This document shows, in pieces, positions 17,754-27,734 of a stretch of DNA of 64,000 nt. The position numbers and the translations under genes were made by a program. The notes beneath the pieces were generated by a model. It was not told where the DNA came from. It did no database searches and worked only from the letters and a program-made list of their open reading frames with translations. Source of the stretch: Candidatus Sericytochromatia bacterium (GTDB taxonomy: Bacteria > Cyanobacteriota > Sericytochromatia > S15B-MN24 > UBA4093). How positions within the stretch are numbered: the first letter of the stretch is position 1; every line of letters starts with the position of its first letter. The stretch spans positions 1-64,000 of the forward strand of contig JAKFCT010000027.1 in the NCBI GenBank assembly GCA_036676495.1, given 5' to 3'.

Positions 17754-20700
17754 CTACGTCGCCGCCCCTTGAGTCTCGGTCCCCCGGGTCTCTGTCCCCT
17801 GGACCTCGGGCACTTGGGCCTCGGCCCCCTGGGTCTCGGCCGTCTTGGCGCCGCCCCACTTCACGCCCAGCACCCGGGTCGCGCCGTCCGAGCGGGCCGA
17901 GATGCCGAGGGTCTGGTCCGAACGCTCCAGCATGGGCCTCCGGTGCGAGATCACGATGCACTGGGCGTGCTGGGTCTGCTTCTGGATCATGATCGCCAGC
18001 CGCTCCGCGTTCACCCCGTCCAGCGCGGCGTCCACCTCGTCGAAGGCGTAGAACGGCGCCGGCTGGTACCGCTGGAACGCGAAGAGGAAGGCCAGGGCCG
18101 TCAACGACTTCTCGCCGCCACTCATGGCCTCCAGGCGCTGCATCTTCTTGTCTTTCGGTTGAGCCCGAATAATGAGCCCCCCGTCGAACGGATCCTCGTC
18201 GTTCTCCAGCACCAGCATGCCGGTGCCCGCCGCGAGCTCGGCGAAGATATCCGCGAAGTTGCTGCTGACCTGCTCGAAGGCCTGCATGAAGCTGGTCTTC
18301 TTCTGGAGGCTGATGGCCTCGATCCGCTCCAGGATCGAGAGCCGCTCCTCGCGCAGCTTGTCGACCTTCTCATGCAGGTCGGCCTGCCGGGCGGATTCCC
18401 GCTCGAACGCCTCGATGGCCAGCATGTTGACGGGCTCCATGTCCCGCATGCGGCCTTCCAGGCGCGAAATCTGTCGCTTCAGCTCCTCGGTGGGCACCGG
18501 GGCCGGAGGCTCCTGGGGAGGCTCGATCCCGGCCATCCAGAGCTCGTTCTCCATCTCCGCCAGCTGCGGCTGCAGCTCGCCGACCTGGGCCCGGGTGGCG
18601 TTGACGCCCTCCATGAGGCGGTCCATGTCCTTCTGCTTGTCAGCGACGACCTTTTCGGCCTGCCGAACCTCTTCGGCCTTGCGCTCCCGCTCCACCTGAA
18701 GTTGTCCGAGCCGCTCGCGCATGGCGTCGCGCTGGCGCTCCAGGGCGTTCAAGGTGTCGGCGCAGGCCTTGAGGGTGGCATCGATGGTCTGGGCCTTGGC
18801 CTCCAGCTCGCCGAAGGCTTCCTTGCGGCGTGCCGTCTCGTCCGTCAGCTGGGCGATCGCCTGCTTGATAGTGTCTTCCTCGAGCTGGATCTCCTTGAGC
18901 GTGAAGTCGCAGTTGTTGCGGTTCGACTCCAGCTGCTTGACGGTGAAATCATGCCGGTTGACCGTCGAGCTCAGCTCCTCGACCCGGGCGTCGTCGATCA
19001 GCTCGTCGATGTCCGAGATCGCCAGCTCCAGATCGACCTGCTCCTCGTCCAGCTTGGCGAGCTGCTCCTCGAGCCCCGTGAGCTTGGCGTCCACGCCTTC
19101 CTGCTCGGTCTCCGCGAGGGTCATCTGCCCCTCGATGCCCACGATCTGATCGCGAATCTGCTGGATGCGGCGCTGGCGATCGGCCAGCTCGAACTGCTTC
19201 TCGCGAATGCCGTCCTGCGATTCGCGCTGGCGGAGCTTGATGGCCTCGCCGTCCTTCCCGATGGTCTCGATCAGCTCCTTGCGGCGGGCGAGCCGCTTGA
19301 GGGAAGCCTCGAAGACCTCCTTGGCCTCCTCGAGCTCCTTGGCGATCGACGCCGTGAAGCGCAGGCTGGAGGTACGGCCGTCCGAGCCACCGGTCATGGC
19401 GCCCGAGCGCTCCAACAGGTCGCCCTCGAGCGTGACCATGCGGTACTTGCCCATCAAGGGGCGGGCGAATTCCATGTGCCGAACGATCAACGTCTCGCCG
19501 AAGGCATGGTGGAAGGCCGCCGCGTACTTGGAGTCGAACTCGACCAGGTTGACCGCGTAGCCGATCACGCCGTCCGCCCCGGTGGGCATGAGGCGGCGCG
19601 GGGGCTGAAGCTTATTCAAAGGCAGGAAGGTCGCGCGGCCCGCCCGGCGCTCCTTGAGCAACTCGATGCAGCGCGCGGCGATCCGGTCGTCGTCCACCAC
19701 GATGAAGCGCAGCTTGCCGCCGGCAGCCACTTCCAGCGCCGAGGCGTACTCATCCGAGGCCGATCCTAGCTGGGCGAGCGTCCCGTGAACCCCCTGGATA
19801 CCGGCGTTGAGGATGGTCTCGACCGCACGGCCGAAGGAGCCCTCCTCGGAGGCCTTCATCTTGGCGTCGGCCCGGAAGTAAGCGTCGCGCGCCTTGTTGG
19901 CGGCGGCCTCGAACTCGGCCAGCTCGCCCTGGGCTTCCTGCTGGCGCACACCGATGGCGGCGAGGTCCTTCTCGTCTTCGCGCAGGCGGCTCTGGAACTC
20001 CTCGACGGCGGCCTGCAAGGAGGCAATCTCCTTGTCCAGGGCCTTGATGCCGTCCTGATGGGTGGCGAGCTCGCTCTTCCAGGCATCGATCCGCTCGGTG
20101 GCGCGGTGGCTGGAGTCCTCGATCCGCAGCTTCTCGCGCCAGATCTCGTTGTAGCGATCCTTGACCGCATTGTAGCGGCTGCGCAGCTCGGCGCCCTTCT
20201 TGGCGGATTCCTGGTGCGTGGAGTAGAGGGCCTCCAGCTCCTTGTTGGCCTCCTCGTAGGTGAGCTTGGCCTTGACCAGGTCGTCCTCGTAGCGGGCACG
20301 GCGCTCGACGGCGTCCTTGCGGCGGTCGTCGAGGTCTTCCAACCGGGCGTGATGGCGCTCGATCTGCTCCTCGTCGCGCTCTTGCAAGCGTTCGAGGTCG
20401 GAGCGTTGGGTGTTGAGGAACTCGCGGGCGGAGCGCTCGCGCTCGATCTGGCCCTTGGTTTCCTCGAGCTGGGTCTGGAGCGCCAGCAGGTCGTCCTCGC
20501 CCTTCTGGCGAATCTGCTCGGAGAGCGCCTCGTACTCCCCTTGCTTGACCTCCAGGGCCCCCTGGGCTTCGCGCACGGCGGCGAGCAATTGCTCCTCGCG
20601 GGCGGAGGCGGAGGTGATCATCTCCTCCAGGCCGGCGATCTTGGCCTTGAGGTCCCAGACGACGGAGAGCTTGCAGAGGGCTTCGAGGCGATCGCGCTCC

Positions 20701-21398
20701 TCGCGCAGGGTCTTGTACTTGAGGGCATGGTCGCGCTCGCCCTGGAGCTGCACGAGGCGCTCGGTGATCTCGCTGAGGATCAGGGCGAACTTGTCCTCTT
20801 GCTCGTTGACCTTGTCGAGCTCCTTCTGGGCCTGGTTGACGCGGGCGTCGAACTCGGCGACGCCGGCCACCTCGTCGATGATCTTGCGGCGCTCGGTGGC
20901 GGTCATGGTGATGATTCGCGAGACGTCGCCCTGCATGACGACGTTGTAGCCGGCGGGGCTCACCTTGAAGCGCAGGAGCGTGTCGTGGAGCTCGGTGAGG
21001 GTGCAGGTCTTGCCGTTGAGGTAATACGTGCTGACGTAGCCGTTGTCGTTCTCGCGGATGCGGCGGGCGGCCTCGAGCGTCTCCTCCTCAGGCCCGTCCC
21101 CGTCCGGGCTCGTCCCCGCGGCCCCCGGCATGGTGCCTCCCGAGGCTGTGCCTCCGCCGAAGCGGATGGTGACCTTGGCTTCGCGCTTGCCGGTGTTGTG
21201 GTTGATCAGGTCGGTGAGCTTCTCGGCGCGCAGGGCCTTGGAGTTGGAGAGGCCGAGGCAGAAGAGGACCGAGTCGATGACGTTGCTCTTGCCGGAGCCG
21301 TTGGGCCCCGTGATGGCCGTGAAGCCCTCCAAGAATGAAATCTTGGTGGGCCGAGCGAACGACTTGAAGTTGTCGATCTCGATTTCTTTGATGCGCAA
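17754..21398 (-). CDS. smc: Chromosome segregation protein SMC (likely TTG start at 21398)
   Basis: IEIDNFKSF, GPNGSGKSN, hinge GRATFLPL and G..TGG, MSGGEKSL and FDEVDAALD motifs. Confidence 0.97.
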   Translation of the reverse strand: MRIKEIEIDNFKSFARPTKISFLEGFTAITGPNGSGKSNVIDSVLFCLGLSNSKALRAEKLTDLINHNTGKREAKVTIRFGGGTASGGTMPGAAGTSPDGDGPEEETLEAARRIRENDNGYVSTYYLNGKTCTLTELHDTLLRFKVSPAGYNVVMQGDVSRIITMTATERRKIIDEVAGVAEFDARVNQAQKELDKVNEQEDKFALILSEITERLVQLQGERDHALKYKTLREERDRLEALCKLSVVWDLKAKIAGLEEMITSASAREEQLLAAVREAQGALEVKQGEYEALSEQIRQKGEDDLLALQTQLEETKGQIERERSAREFLNTQRSDLERLQERDEEQIERHHARLEDLDDRRKDAVERRARYEDDLVKAKLTYEEANKELEALYSTHQESAKKGAELRSRYNAVKDRYNEIWREKLRIEDSSHRATERIDAWKSELATHQDGIKALDKEIASLQAAVEEFQSRLREDEKDLAAIGVRQQEAQGELAEFEAAANKARDAYFRADAKMKASEEGSFGRAVETILNAGIQGVHGTLAQLGSASDEYASALEVAAGGKLRFIVVDDDRIAARCIELLKERRAGRATFLPLNKLQPPRRLMPTGADGVIGYAVNLVEFDSKYAAAFHHAFGETLIVRHMEFARPLMGKYRMVTLEGDLLERSGAMTGGSDGRTSSLRFTASIAKELEEAKEVFEASLKRLARRKELIETIGKDGEAIKLRQRESQDGIREKQFELADRQRRIQQIRDQIVGIEGQMTLAETEQEGVDAKLTGLEEQLAKLDEEQVDLELAISDIDELIDDARVEELSSTVNRHDFTVKQLESNRNNCDFTLKEIQLEEDTIKQAIAQLTDETARRKEAFGELEAKAQTIDATLKACADTLNALERQRDAMRERLGQLQVERERKAEEVRQAEKVVADKQKDMDRLMEGVNATRAQVGELQPQLAEMENELWMAGIEPPQEPPAPVPTEELKRQISRLEGRMRDMEPVNMLAIEAFERESARQADLHEKVDKLREERLSILERIEAISLQKKTSFMQAFEQVSSNFADIFAELAAGTGMLVLENDEDPFDGGLIIRAQPKDKKMQRLEAMSGGEKSLTALAFLFAFQRYQPAPFYAFDEVDAALDGVNAERLAIMIQKQTQHAQCIVISHRRPMLERSDQTLGISARSDGATRVLGVKWGGAKTAETQGAEAQVPEVQGTETRGTETQGAAT
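17766..17840 (-). repeat. Five 15-bp coding tandem units in the SMC C-terminal tail
   Basis: Encodes AETQG AEAQV PEVQG TETRG TETQG. Confidence 0.75.
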
Positions 21399-21643
21399 GA
21401 ACAATCTTCCTTGTTTTGCCCCCCCTTGACGGGGGGGCGGGGCGAAGCCCCAGGGGGTGTTTGGCGGCGAAGCCACGTCGTTCCTCGTCCCCAAGGAACC
21501 TGCACGAGGGGACTGCCGACCCCAGGCCCCAGATAAAGGCCGGATCGGCCCCGGGAGCAGATCTCCCCGACAAAACATAACATTGTACATGCGCTCGGAC
21601 TGTGCCAAGCCGCACAATGACAAAACTTAACACGGCTGGCCCC

Positions 21644-22207
21644 CTAGAGAATCCGCTTCCCGGTGCGGGCGTCAATCCCGATCTCATGGAGGAATTGCCC
21701 GTCCTCCGCCCCCACCCGCCAGACTCCGTCCCGAGTGAGCTGCATGTGGAACTCCTCTCCGACGGGCAGCTCGGCCCCTATCACCTGCTCGGCCACCGCA
21801 GGGCTGTCGATTCGCCAGCTTTCGATCGGCTCCTCCCAGAGAGCCTGCCCCTGGAACTCGGACGCAGGGCCGGCATCCACCGTGCCGCGGCCATCCCGCC
21901 TGACCTCGTAGAGGTCTCCATCCCCAGGGCGGCTGAACGTGTAGACCCAGAGGCTATCGGGCTTCTCGGCCAGCCGCCCGTCACGCCTCACTCTCCAGCC
22001 CTCCACCCTCACCAACTGAGCCGAGGCATCCCAGCGCGACGCCAGCCCTGAGGCCAGCTTTCGACCTTCGAGCGCCGTGCTCGCGGGACGCATCGCCTCA
22101 CCGCTGAGAAAGGCCTCCCCGCCGCAGCCGTACGCGACTCCGAGCACCATGAGAGGAATGCCGAGATTCAAGAACCACGCCCAGCCCACTCCACCCTTCG
22201 CTCCCAT
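21644..22207 (-). CDS. Hypothetical lipoprotein
   Basis: GGAGGAGG RBS; hydrophobic stretch followed by VAYGC; ends in IDARTGK (PepSY-like). Confidence 0.6.
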   Translation of the reverse strand: MGAKGGVGWAWFLNLGIPLMVLGVAYGCGGEAFLSGEAMRPASTALEGRKLASGLASRWDASAQLVRVEGWRVRRDGRLAEKPDSLWVYTFSRPGDGDLYEVRRDGRGTVDAGPASEFQGQALWEEPIESWRIDSPAVAEQVIGAELPVGEEFHMQLTRDGVWRVGAEDGQFLHEIGIDARTGKRIL

Positions 22208-22403
22208 GTCCACCTCCTCCATGACAGATCTCACCAACCTGACATGATATTACCGCACATTGTCATTTTCATATCAAATAACCGAACAGGCGCAACCTCG
22301 CAACGATCTCAGCCAACGGAAGGTCAAAGCCGCACCCCTCCCTGAACGCCCCCTCCTGATTCCCGAGCGGTAAAATCCGAACACGCCATCCATACTGGCT
22401 AGT

Positions 22404-22427
22404 GATTTTTTCCGATCGGAAAAAATC
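22404..22427. promoter_or_regulatory. Perfect 24-bp palindrome upstream of the polysaccharide cluster
   Basis: GATTTTTTCCGATCGGAAAAAATC. Confidence 0.55.
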
Positions 22428-22603
22428 CACCCATGTCGCCCGCGTTCCGGCTCCTGCGGCGTGGGCATGTGCTTCATCAAGGAGCTTGATAGAGGACAAG
22501 ACACCCGAACAAGCCCCAGTACCTGAATTGCCGTTCGCAACCGGGTAGGGTAGGCTTACTAGCGAGATGACGTTCTTCACGGATTCCGGAGCGTAGCCAT
22601 TCC

Positions 22604-24166
22604 ATGAGAGTTTCAACCCATTGGTTCTTGAGTTGCTTGCTGATCGCGAGCATGGCGTTCACGCCCTCCGCCTTGGCGCAGAGCCTGACGACCGCCCCCA
22701 GCGAAGCAGGAGTTTCGGCATCTGCGGTAATGACTCCCTTCGCCGTCCCGCCCTCCGACGAGGCGATCGACACCCCCGGAGCCATCCTCGATTACCCGCT
22801 GGGCATCAACGACACGCTGGCCATCAACATCTGGAGCAACTCCATGCGGTTCGGCCATACCGTCGTCGTCCCCCTCGAGGGCCGCATCTACCTGCCCCAG
22901 ATCGGCGAGATCGAAGTGGTGGGCCTGACCACTACTCAACTTAAGGATAAGATCAGCCGGACGATTGCCGGACGAGTCAAGGACGCCAAGGTCTCCGTCC
23001 TCTTGGTCAAGACTCACACGATCAAGGTCTACGTGACCGGCCTCGTGAAAAGCCCCGGCGCCTACTCGATGAACGCCCTGGGCCGCTTCGCCACGGCCCT
23101 CTCGCTGGCGGGAGGCCCGCTGCCCGAAGGCTCGCTGCGGCAGATCACCCTCAAGCAAGGCTCCAAGACCCGCACGCTCGACTGGATGAAGTTCGTCCGG
23201 GACGGCGACGCGTCTCAGAACCCGCGCTTGCAGGCAGGTGACATCATCATGGTGCCACAGGCCAAGCACATCGCCCGGATCGAGGGCTCGGTCAACAAAC
23301 CCGGAGCCTATGAATTCCAGCCCGGCGAGACCATCGAATCGCTGATCAGTTTCGCGCATGGCCTGAGAACCGGCGCAGCTCCGGCACAAGCCAGTATCGC
23401 GAACTTTCCGACTGATGCCGTGACCCCACAAGCGGAGCACCCAATCGACCTCTCCAGCACCAAGGGCCTTCAGACCAAGCTCGCTCATCGGGACCACATC
23501 ACGCTACCGGCAAACACCCTAAGCTACGTCGAACTTCGCCGCACCCGGGTCAAGATCACTGGAGAGGTGGGCAATCCGAACGAATACACGCTGACGCTTG
23601 GAAATTCGCTCCGCGATCTCCTCGTGGCGGCCGGTGGCCCCAAGCCCACGGCGGGTCTACGCGAGGTCAAGATCTACCGTCGTTCAGGATCGGGGGAACT
23701 GCGAAACAGCGACGCGCAGGTGGTGGATGCCTACCGCTTGCTCTACGACAACGACGAGTCGCAGAACGTCGAATTGAAGGACGGAGATCTGGTCGCCGTC
23801 CCCGTGAACAAGAGCCCCACCGAGGACAGCGCGGTCTACGTCTACGGCCACGTTGGCAAGCCGGGTAAGATCGCCTACCGGACGGGCTACCATCTCTCCG
23901 ACTACCTCAACTCGGCGGGCGGCCCTTTGCAGAAGGCCAACCTCAGAGGGGTGACCATCACGCGCGGAGCGTCCAACTCCAAGAAGAGCCAAACCCTCAA
24001 GGTGGACGCCTACCGGATCATGCATGAGGGGCGCCAGGACCTGGACCCCGTTTTGCAGGAAGGGGACGTCGTCCATGTCCCGGAGTCGTTCTTCTACATC
24101 GCGAATTTCCAGGACGTGGTGAACACCATCCTCGCGGCGGCAGCCGTCTGGGCGATCTTCAAGTAA
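22604..24166 (+). CDS. Polysaccharide export protein (Wza/KpsD-like, multiple SLBB domains)
   Basis: Y.LG..D..., G.I.LP.IG.I.V.GLT; repeated V.G.V..PG.Y and L..AGG units; C-terminal amphipathic helix. Confidence 0.88.
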   Translation: MRVSTHWFLSCLLIASMAFTPSALAQSLTTAPSEAGVSASAVMTPFAVPPSDEAIDTPGAILDYPLGINDTLAINIWSNSMRFGHTVVVPLEGRIYLPQIGEIEVVGLTTTQLKDKISRTIAGRVKDAKVSVLLVKTHTIKVYVTGLVKSPGAYSMNALGRFATALSLAGGPLPEGSLRQITLKQGSKTRTLDWMKFVRDGDASQNPRLQAGDIIMVPQAKHIARIEGSVNKPGAYEFQPGETIESLISFAHGLRTGAAPAQASIANFPTDAVTPQAEHPIDLSSTKGLQTKLAHRDHITLPANTLSYVELRRTRVKITGEVGNPNEYTLTLGNSLRDLLVAAGGPKPTAGLREVKIYRRSGSGELRNSDAQVVDAYRLLYDNDESQNVELKDGDLVAVPVNKSPTEDSAVYVYGHVGKPGKIAYRTGYHLSDYLNSAGGPLQKANLRGVTITRGASNSKKSQTLKVDAYRIMHEGRQDLDPVLQEGDVVHVPESFFYIANFQDVVNTILAAAAVWAIFK

Positions 24167-24210
24167 GCGTTCTCTAGACAGGAAGCAGGGCGGAAGGGTA
24201 TACAGCCGGT

Positions 24211-25356
24211 ATGCCTTTCCGTCTTTTGCTACTTACCGCCTTCCTGGCCTTACAGCTCCCGCAGGCGGCCTTCGCCCAAGCGACTGAGACCTCGTTTCAA
24301 GCGACCTCCACGATCCTGCCTCGACTTGAGTCGTTGGGGTTCGAAAACCTGGCCCTTGAGGAGGATAGTGAGACCCTCACGATCTGGTACGAGAACCGGC
24401 GCTGGTTACTTGAGATCGACGCCATGGGACGACTACTACGAGAAGCTACTCAAGGGCTAGGGGCGGATCAAATCGTAAAGGTGATCCCGCAGCGGGACCG
24501 TGTGCCACTGATGACCGTGAGCACTCGCACGGGTGATCTCCAGGACTTCCTTGAGAAACGAATGACTCCTGACGCGTTTCGAGCCGCGCTCGGCATCGGA
24601 CCGCCTCCCGCGCATCGCCCAGGGCGGAATCTCAACTCCAGCCTGTACCGTATGGATCTGGACCTGACGCCGGGGTACTTCTTCTCGGTGGAGTTCAAGG
24701 GATGGGTCAACGGCACCCTGAGCATGCCCGTTGCCGAAGGCCTTGCGGCCACGGCCCGGGGACGCTACTACCTAGCTCCCTGGGGAGAAACCGCCGTGAC
24801 GTTCGCCCAGCTCCAGGGCCATGGCTGGCTACGGCCAGGCCTGTTGGGCACCTGGGTCGCGGGGCGCTGGGATGCCAACAACTACGGCGCACACGGGGAA
24901 ATCGCCTCACTGCTCGACGAGGGGAACTGGATCTGGCGCCTCAGCGGAGGAGCAGGGACGGGGATGGCGCCGTTGGCGGCGAGCAGCATCGAGTGGCGGT
25001 TTCATCCGCTCGACGTCGTGCTCTCGGGAGGCGTGGGATTGTTCCAGGGAGGCGACCGGGCCATCTTCGCCCGCTTCATTCGCTGGTTCCCCCGATCCAC
25101 CGTCGAAGGCTCCATCTGGCGCAGTGATCTGGGCACCCAGCTCCGGATGGGCCTCTCAATTTACCTGGGGCCGAACCCCCTCCCGCAACCCGGCCCGTTA
25201 CGGGTCTTTGCGCCAGGCTTGTTCATGACGGATTACCGCGCTTCTTCCCCTCCCTCGGCGATCATGCCCTTCCCGGAAGCGGATGTGGACCTCATCTGGC
25301 AACGGCTCTCCCCAAGTTATATTCGCGCGCATGTCGAGGACTGGCGTAGGCCCTAG
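24211..25356 (+). CDS. Secreted/outer-membrane protein, probably YjbH-related
   Basis: Signal peptide; LESLGFENL...YENRR; LNSS..R.D; beta-strand-rich C-terminal half; capsule-cluster context. Confidence 0.55.
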   Translation: MPFRLLLLTAFLALQLPQAAFAQATETSFQATSTILPRLESLGFENLALEEDSETLTIWYENRRWLLEIDAMGRLLREATQGLGADQIVKVIPQRDRVPLMTVSTRTGDLQDFLEKRMTPDAFRAALGIGPPPAHRPGRNLNSSLYRMDLDLTPGYFFSVEFKGWVNGTLSMPVAEGLAATARGRYYLAPWGETAVTFAQLQGHGWLRPGLLGTWVAGRWDANNYGAHGEIASLLDEGNWIWRLSGGAGTGMAPLAASSIEWRFHPLDVVLSGGVGLFQGGDRAIFARFIRWFPRSTVEGSIWRSDLGTQLRMGLSIYLGPNPLPQPGPLRVFAPGLFMTDYRASSPPSAIMPFPEADVDLIWQRLSPSYIRAHVEDWRRP

Positions 25357-25761
25357 GCGATGCCATTCTAGTTTCAGTCGGCCATGCTGCAAGAACTTCC
25401 ACTTTGATGGACCAAACATCGTCGGGTGAGCGGCAATACTTCGTGACGACCCACCCGCTGCAATAGCCCGAGATAACGTTAACCTATTGGATCCATAAAC
25501 TATTGCAGCGCATCGGCGACGATCCAGGTACAAGGACGCATAGACGTGGGCTTGCCTGTTGATCTACACTTAGACGTGGCGTGATCGCAGCAAACAAGGG
25601 AGCGAGATGTTTCAGGACACGCTTCTGAAACCAAGAGCGAGTAGGCAAGCATCACATCACGATTGAGACCCCGCTCACACGTCACGCTGGATGAATCCTC
25701 CACAATATCAAAACCTCGATAGGCTGAATGGCGGAGGCAACAAACGAGTTTAAGCGCTAGA

Positions 25762-26508
25762 ATGTTACGTACAAAGCCTAAAGCAATCTCTCAACAGATT
25801 GATCCAAAACGGAGAAGGCGATTGTCTACGGAATCAATTCATCTTGGCTCACCCAAGCTTGGGCGTCCGCATGCCATTCACTCGCCACACTCCTCCCTCC
25901 GAGGGATCCGTGGCAGTGCCAAACGAGCCTTAGATGTCATCGGCGCGGGACTCGGCTTGCTCCTCCTCGGCCCGCTGCTCCTCATGATTGCCCTCTTGGT
26001 GAAACTTGACTCACCAGGGCCGGTTCTCTTCAAGCAGAAACGGGTCGGACTCAATGGCTGCGAGTTCTGGATGTACAAGTTCCGCTCAATGGTCATTGAC
26101 GCTGAGGCACAGCTTGAAGATCTCAAGGCCAAGAATGAGGTCGAGGGTGGAGTGACCTTCAAGATTGCCCAAGATCCACGTATAACGCGCCTAGGTCGAA
26201 TCCTCCGCAAAACGAGCCTGGATGAGTTCCCGCAACTTTTCAACGTTCTACGCGGAGAGATGAGCCTTGTAGGACCTCGACCGCCCCTCCCGAAGGAAGT
26301 CGTCTTGTACACTGCTGAGCAAAAGCGACGCTTGACCGTGATTCCCGGCTGCACGGGACTGTGGCAAATTAGCGGACGAAGCAAGACGACGTTCAAACGG
26401 ATGATTGAACTTGATCTCGAGTACATTGAAAAGTGGTCGCTACGTCGAGATATTCTGATCATGTTCAAGACCATTCGTGTGGTCTTGAAGATGGAGGGAT
26501 CGTACTAG
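25762..26508 (+). CDS. Sugar transferase (initiating phosphoglycosyltransferase)
   Basis: KRALDV, YKFRSM, DPRITRLG..LRKTSLDEFPQL.NV..GEMSLVGPRP and PG.TGLWQ motifs. Confidence 0.95.
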   Translation: MLRTKPKAISQQIDPKRRRRLSTESIHLGSPKLGRPHAIHSPHSSLRGIRGSAKRALDVIGAGLGLLLLGPLLLMIALLVKLDSPGPVLFKQKRVGLNGCEFWMYKFRSMVIDAEAQLEDLKAKNEVEGGVTFKIAQDPRITRLGRILRKTSLDEFPQLFNVLRGEMSLVGPRPPLPKEVVLYTAEQKRRLTVIPGCTGLWQISGRSKTTFKRMIELDLEYIEKWSLRRDILIMFKTIRVVLKMEGSY

Positions 26509-26595
26509 CGATGACACCTATGCATGTTTAGCAGGCGTAGGTTCGCGGTAAATACGTTCAGTCCCCATGTTATCCACGAAAGGAAGCACCTCCTC

Positions 26596-26721
26596 ATGAA
26601 GAAAATCCTTCTTGCCGCCGCTGCTTGCTCGCTGCTCGCCCTCGGTCTCACTGGCTGCCCCAACAATCCTGGCACTTCCGCCAGCACCGGCAACAACGGC
26701 ACCAACGCCGGCAGCAACTAA
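26596..26721 (+). CDS. 41-aa lipoprotein with an Asn/Gly/Thr/Ser-rich mature peptide
   Basis: MKKILLAAAACSLLALGLTGC lipobox followed by PNNPGTSASTGNNGTNAGSN; host-like codon usage. Confidence 0.7.
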   Translation: MKKILLAAAACSLLALGLTGCPNNPGTSASTGNNGTNAGSN

Positions 26722-26733
26722 GGCCCTCTCCCA

Positions 26734-27456
26734 ATGAAACGGCGCTCCGCGGGGGTCATGAGCCTCTGCGGAGCGCTTTCCCTTTTCGCCCCTGAAACCT
26801 GCCATGCGAAACTGGCACACCCTGGATACAGCGGGCTCATCTCCACCCCGAATGCCGAGGTTCTTCCGCAGGGCCACTTGGCTATAGGATTTAGCTGGGT
26901 TGACGGGCCGGAGACCTTCCTTTTCGCCCCCCGAACCAATCGCCTCTATGTGTTCACCATTGGCATCTTGCCAGGACTAGAGGCCACCTTGCGGCAGACC
27001 CAGGTTATCGGCTGGCATGACCCCGAGGCCCCTGGCGTCCAGCATGCCTTTGATCGAATGTTCAGCGCCAAGTACGCGATCCCCATGCCAGGAGGCTTTC
27101 CACATGTAGCCATCGGCGTGCAAGACATTGCCTCAGGCAACATCCTAGCCGGAACTCCGGGGGTAAAGCCGGGTTCCACCCAGTACGGCCAGTCCACTGC
27201 CTATGGAGTCCTCGGGGGAAGTCATGGCCGCTGGAGTTGGCATAGTGGGATTGGTATCAGCCAGGCATTTATCAACGGCCCCTTTGCGGGCATAGTTTAT
27301 CAGCCCCTTGAATCACTGAGCCTTCACGGGGAATGGGACAGTCGAAGCCTAAACTGGGGAGCGAGAGCCATGCTCCCGTTCGGTCTATGGCTTCACTTTT
27401 CCGTCATCAAGCAAACCACACTGGCACTAGGAACCGGACTCGAATTGGCCTTGTGA
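26734..27456 (+). CDS. YjbH-domain outer-membrane protein
   Basis: GYSGLISTPNA.VLP.G, DR.FSAKY, P.VAIG.QD and G.FAG..Y.P...EWD motifs. Confidence 0.75.
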   Translation: MKRRSAGVMSLCGALSLFAPETCHAKLAHPGYSGLISTPNAEVLPQGHLAIGFSWVDGPETFLFAPRTNRLYVFTIGILPGLEATLRQTQVIGWHDPEAPGVQHAFDRMFSAKYAIPMPGGFPHVAIGVQDIASGNILAGTPGVKPGSTQYGQSTAYGVLGGSHGRWSWHSGIGISQAFINGPFAGIVYQPLESLSLHGEWDSRSLNWGARAMLPFGLWLHFSVIKQTTLALGTGLELAL

Positions 27457-27734
27457 TCGTGTAGTCAGACCTTCACAATGGCGCCCTACGCGTGTCTGGC
27501 CGTGATGAGACCCCTTGGCCCTGAATACATAGGCCAGCAAGTGAATGACTCAAATCCTTGCAGCTGTCACGACGACAAAGACGAGGCTTGCCGGTTGCTG
27601 CTCGACGCAGCACAAGGTGGTAAACTGGTTTCAGCGAGTTTCGCCCTTACTTGGCATATACGAGTGGAAATGAAACCCGAAGAGCGCCTGGCCATCGACC
27701 AGCACTTTTCCCTGCCAACTGGAATGGAAGCAAC

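Noticed and set aside
21399-21623. N-terminal 75-aa extension of SMC in the ORF track
   Set aside because: SMC homology starts at RIKEIEIDNFKSF; the upstream part is hairpin-rich and reads as non-coding leader
22240-22603. ops/JUMPstart element ahead of the polysaccharide operon
   Set aside because: No GGCGGTAG match seen
25357-25761. Hidden gene or ncRNA in the 400-bp spacer
   Set aside because: Only short ORFs without RBS or motifs, and no convincing structure seen
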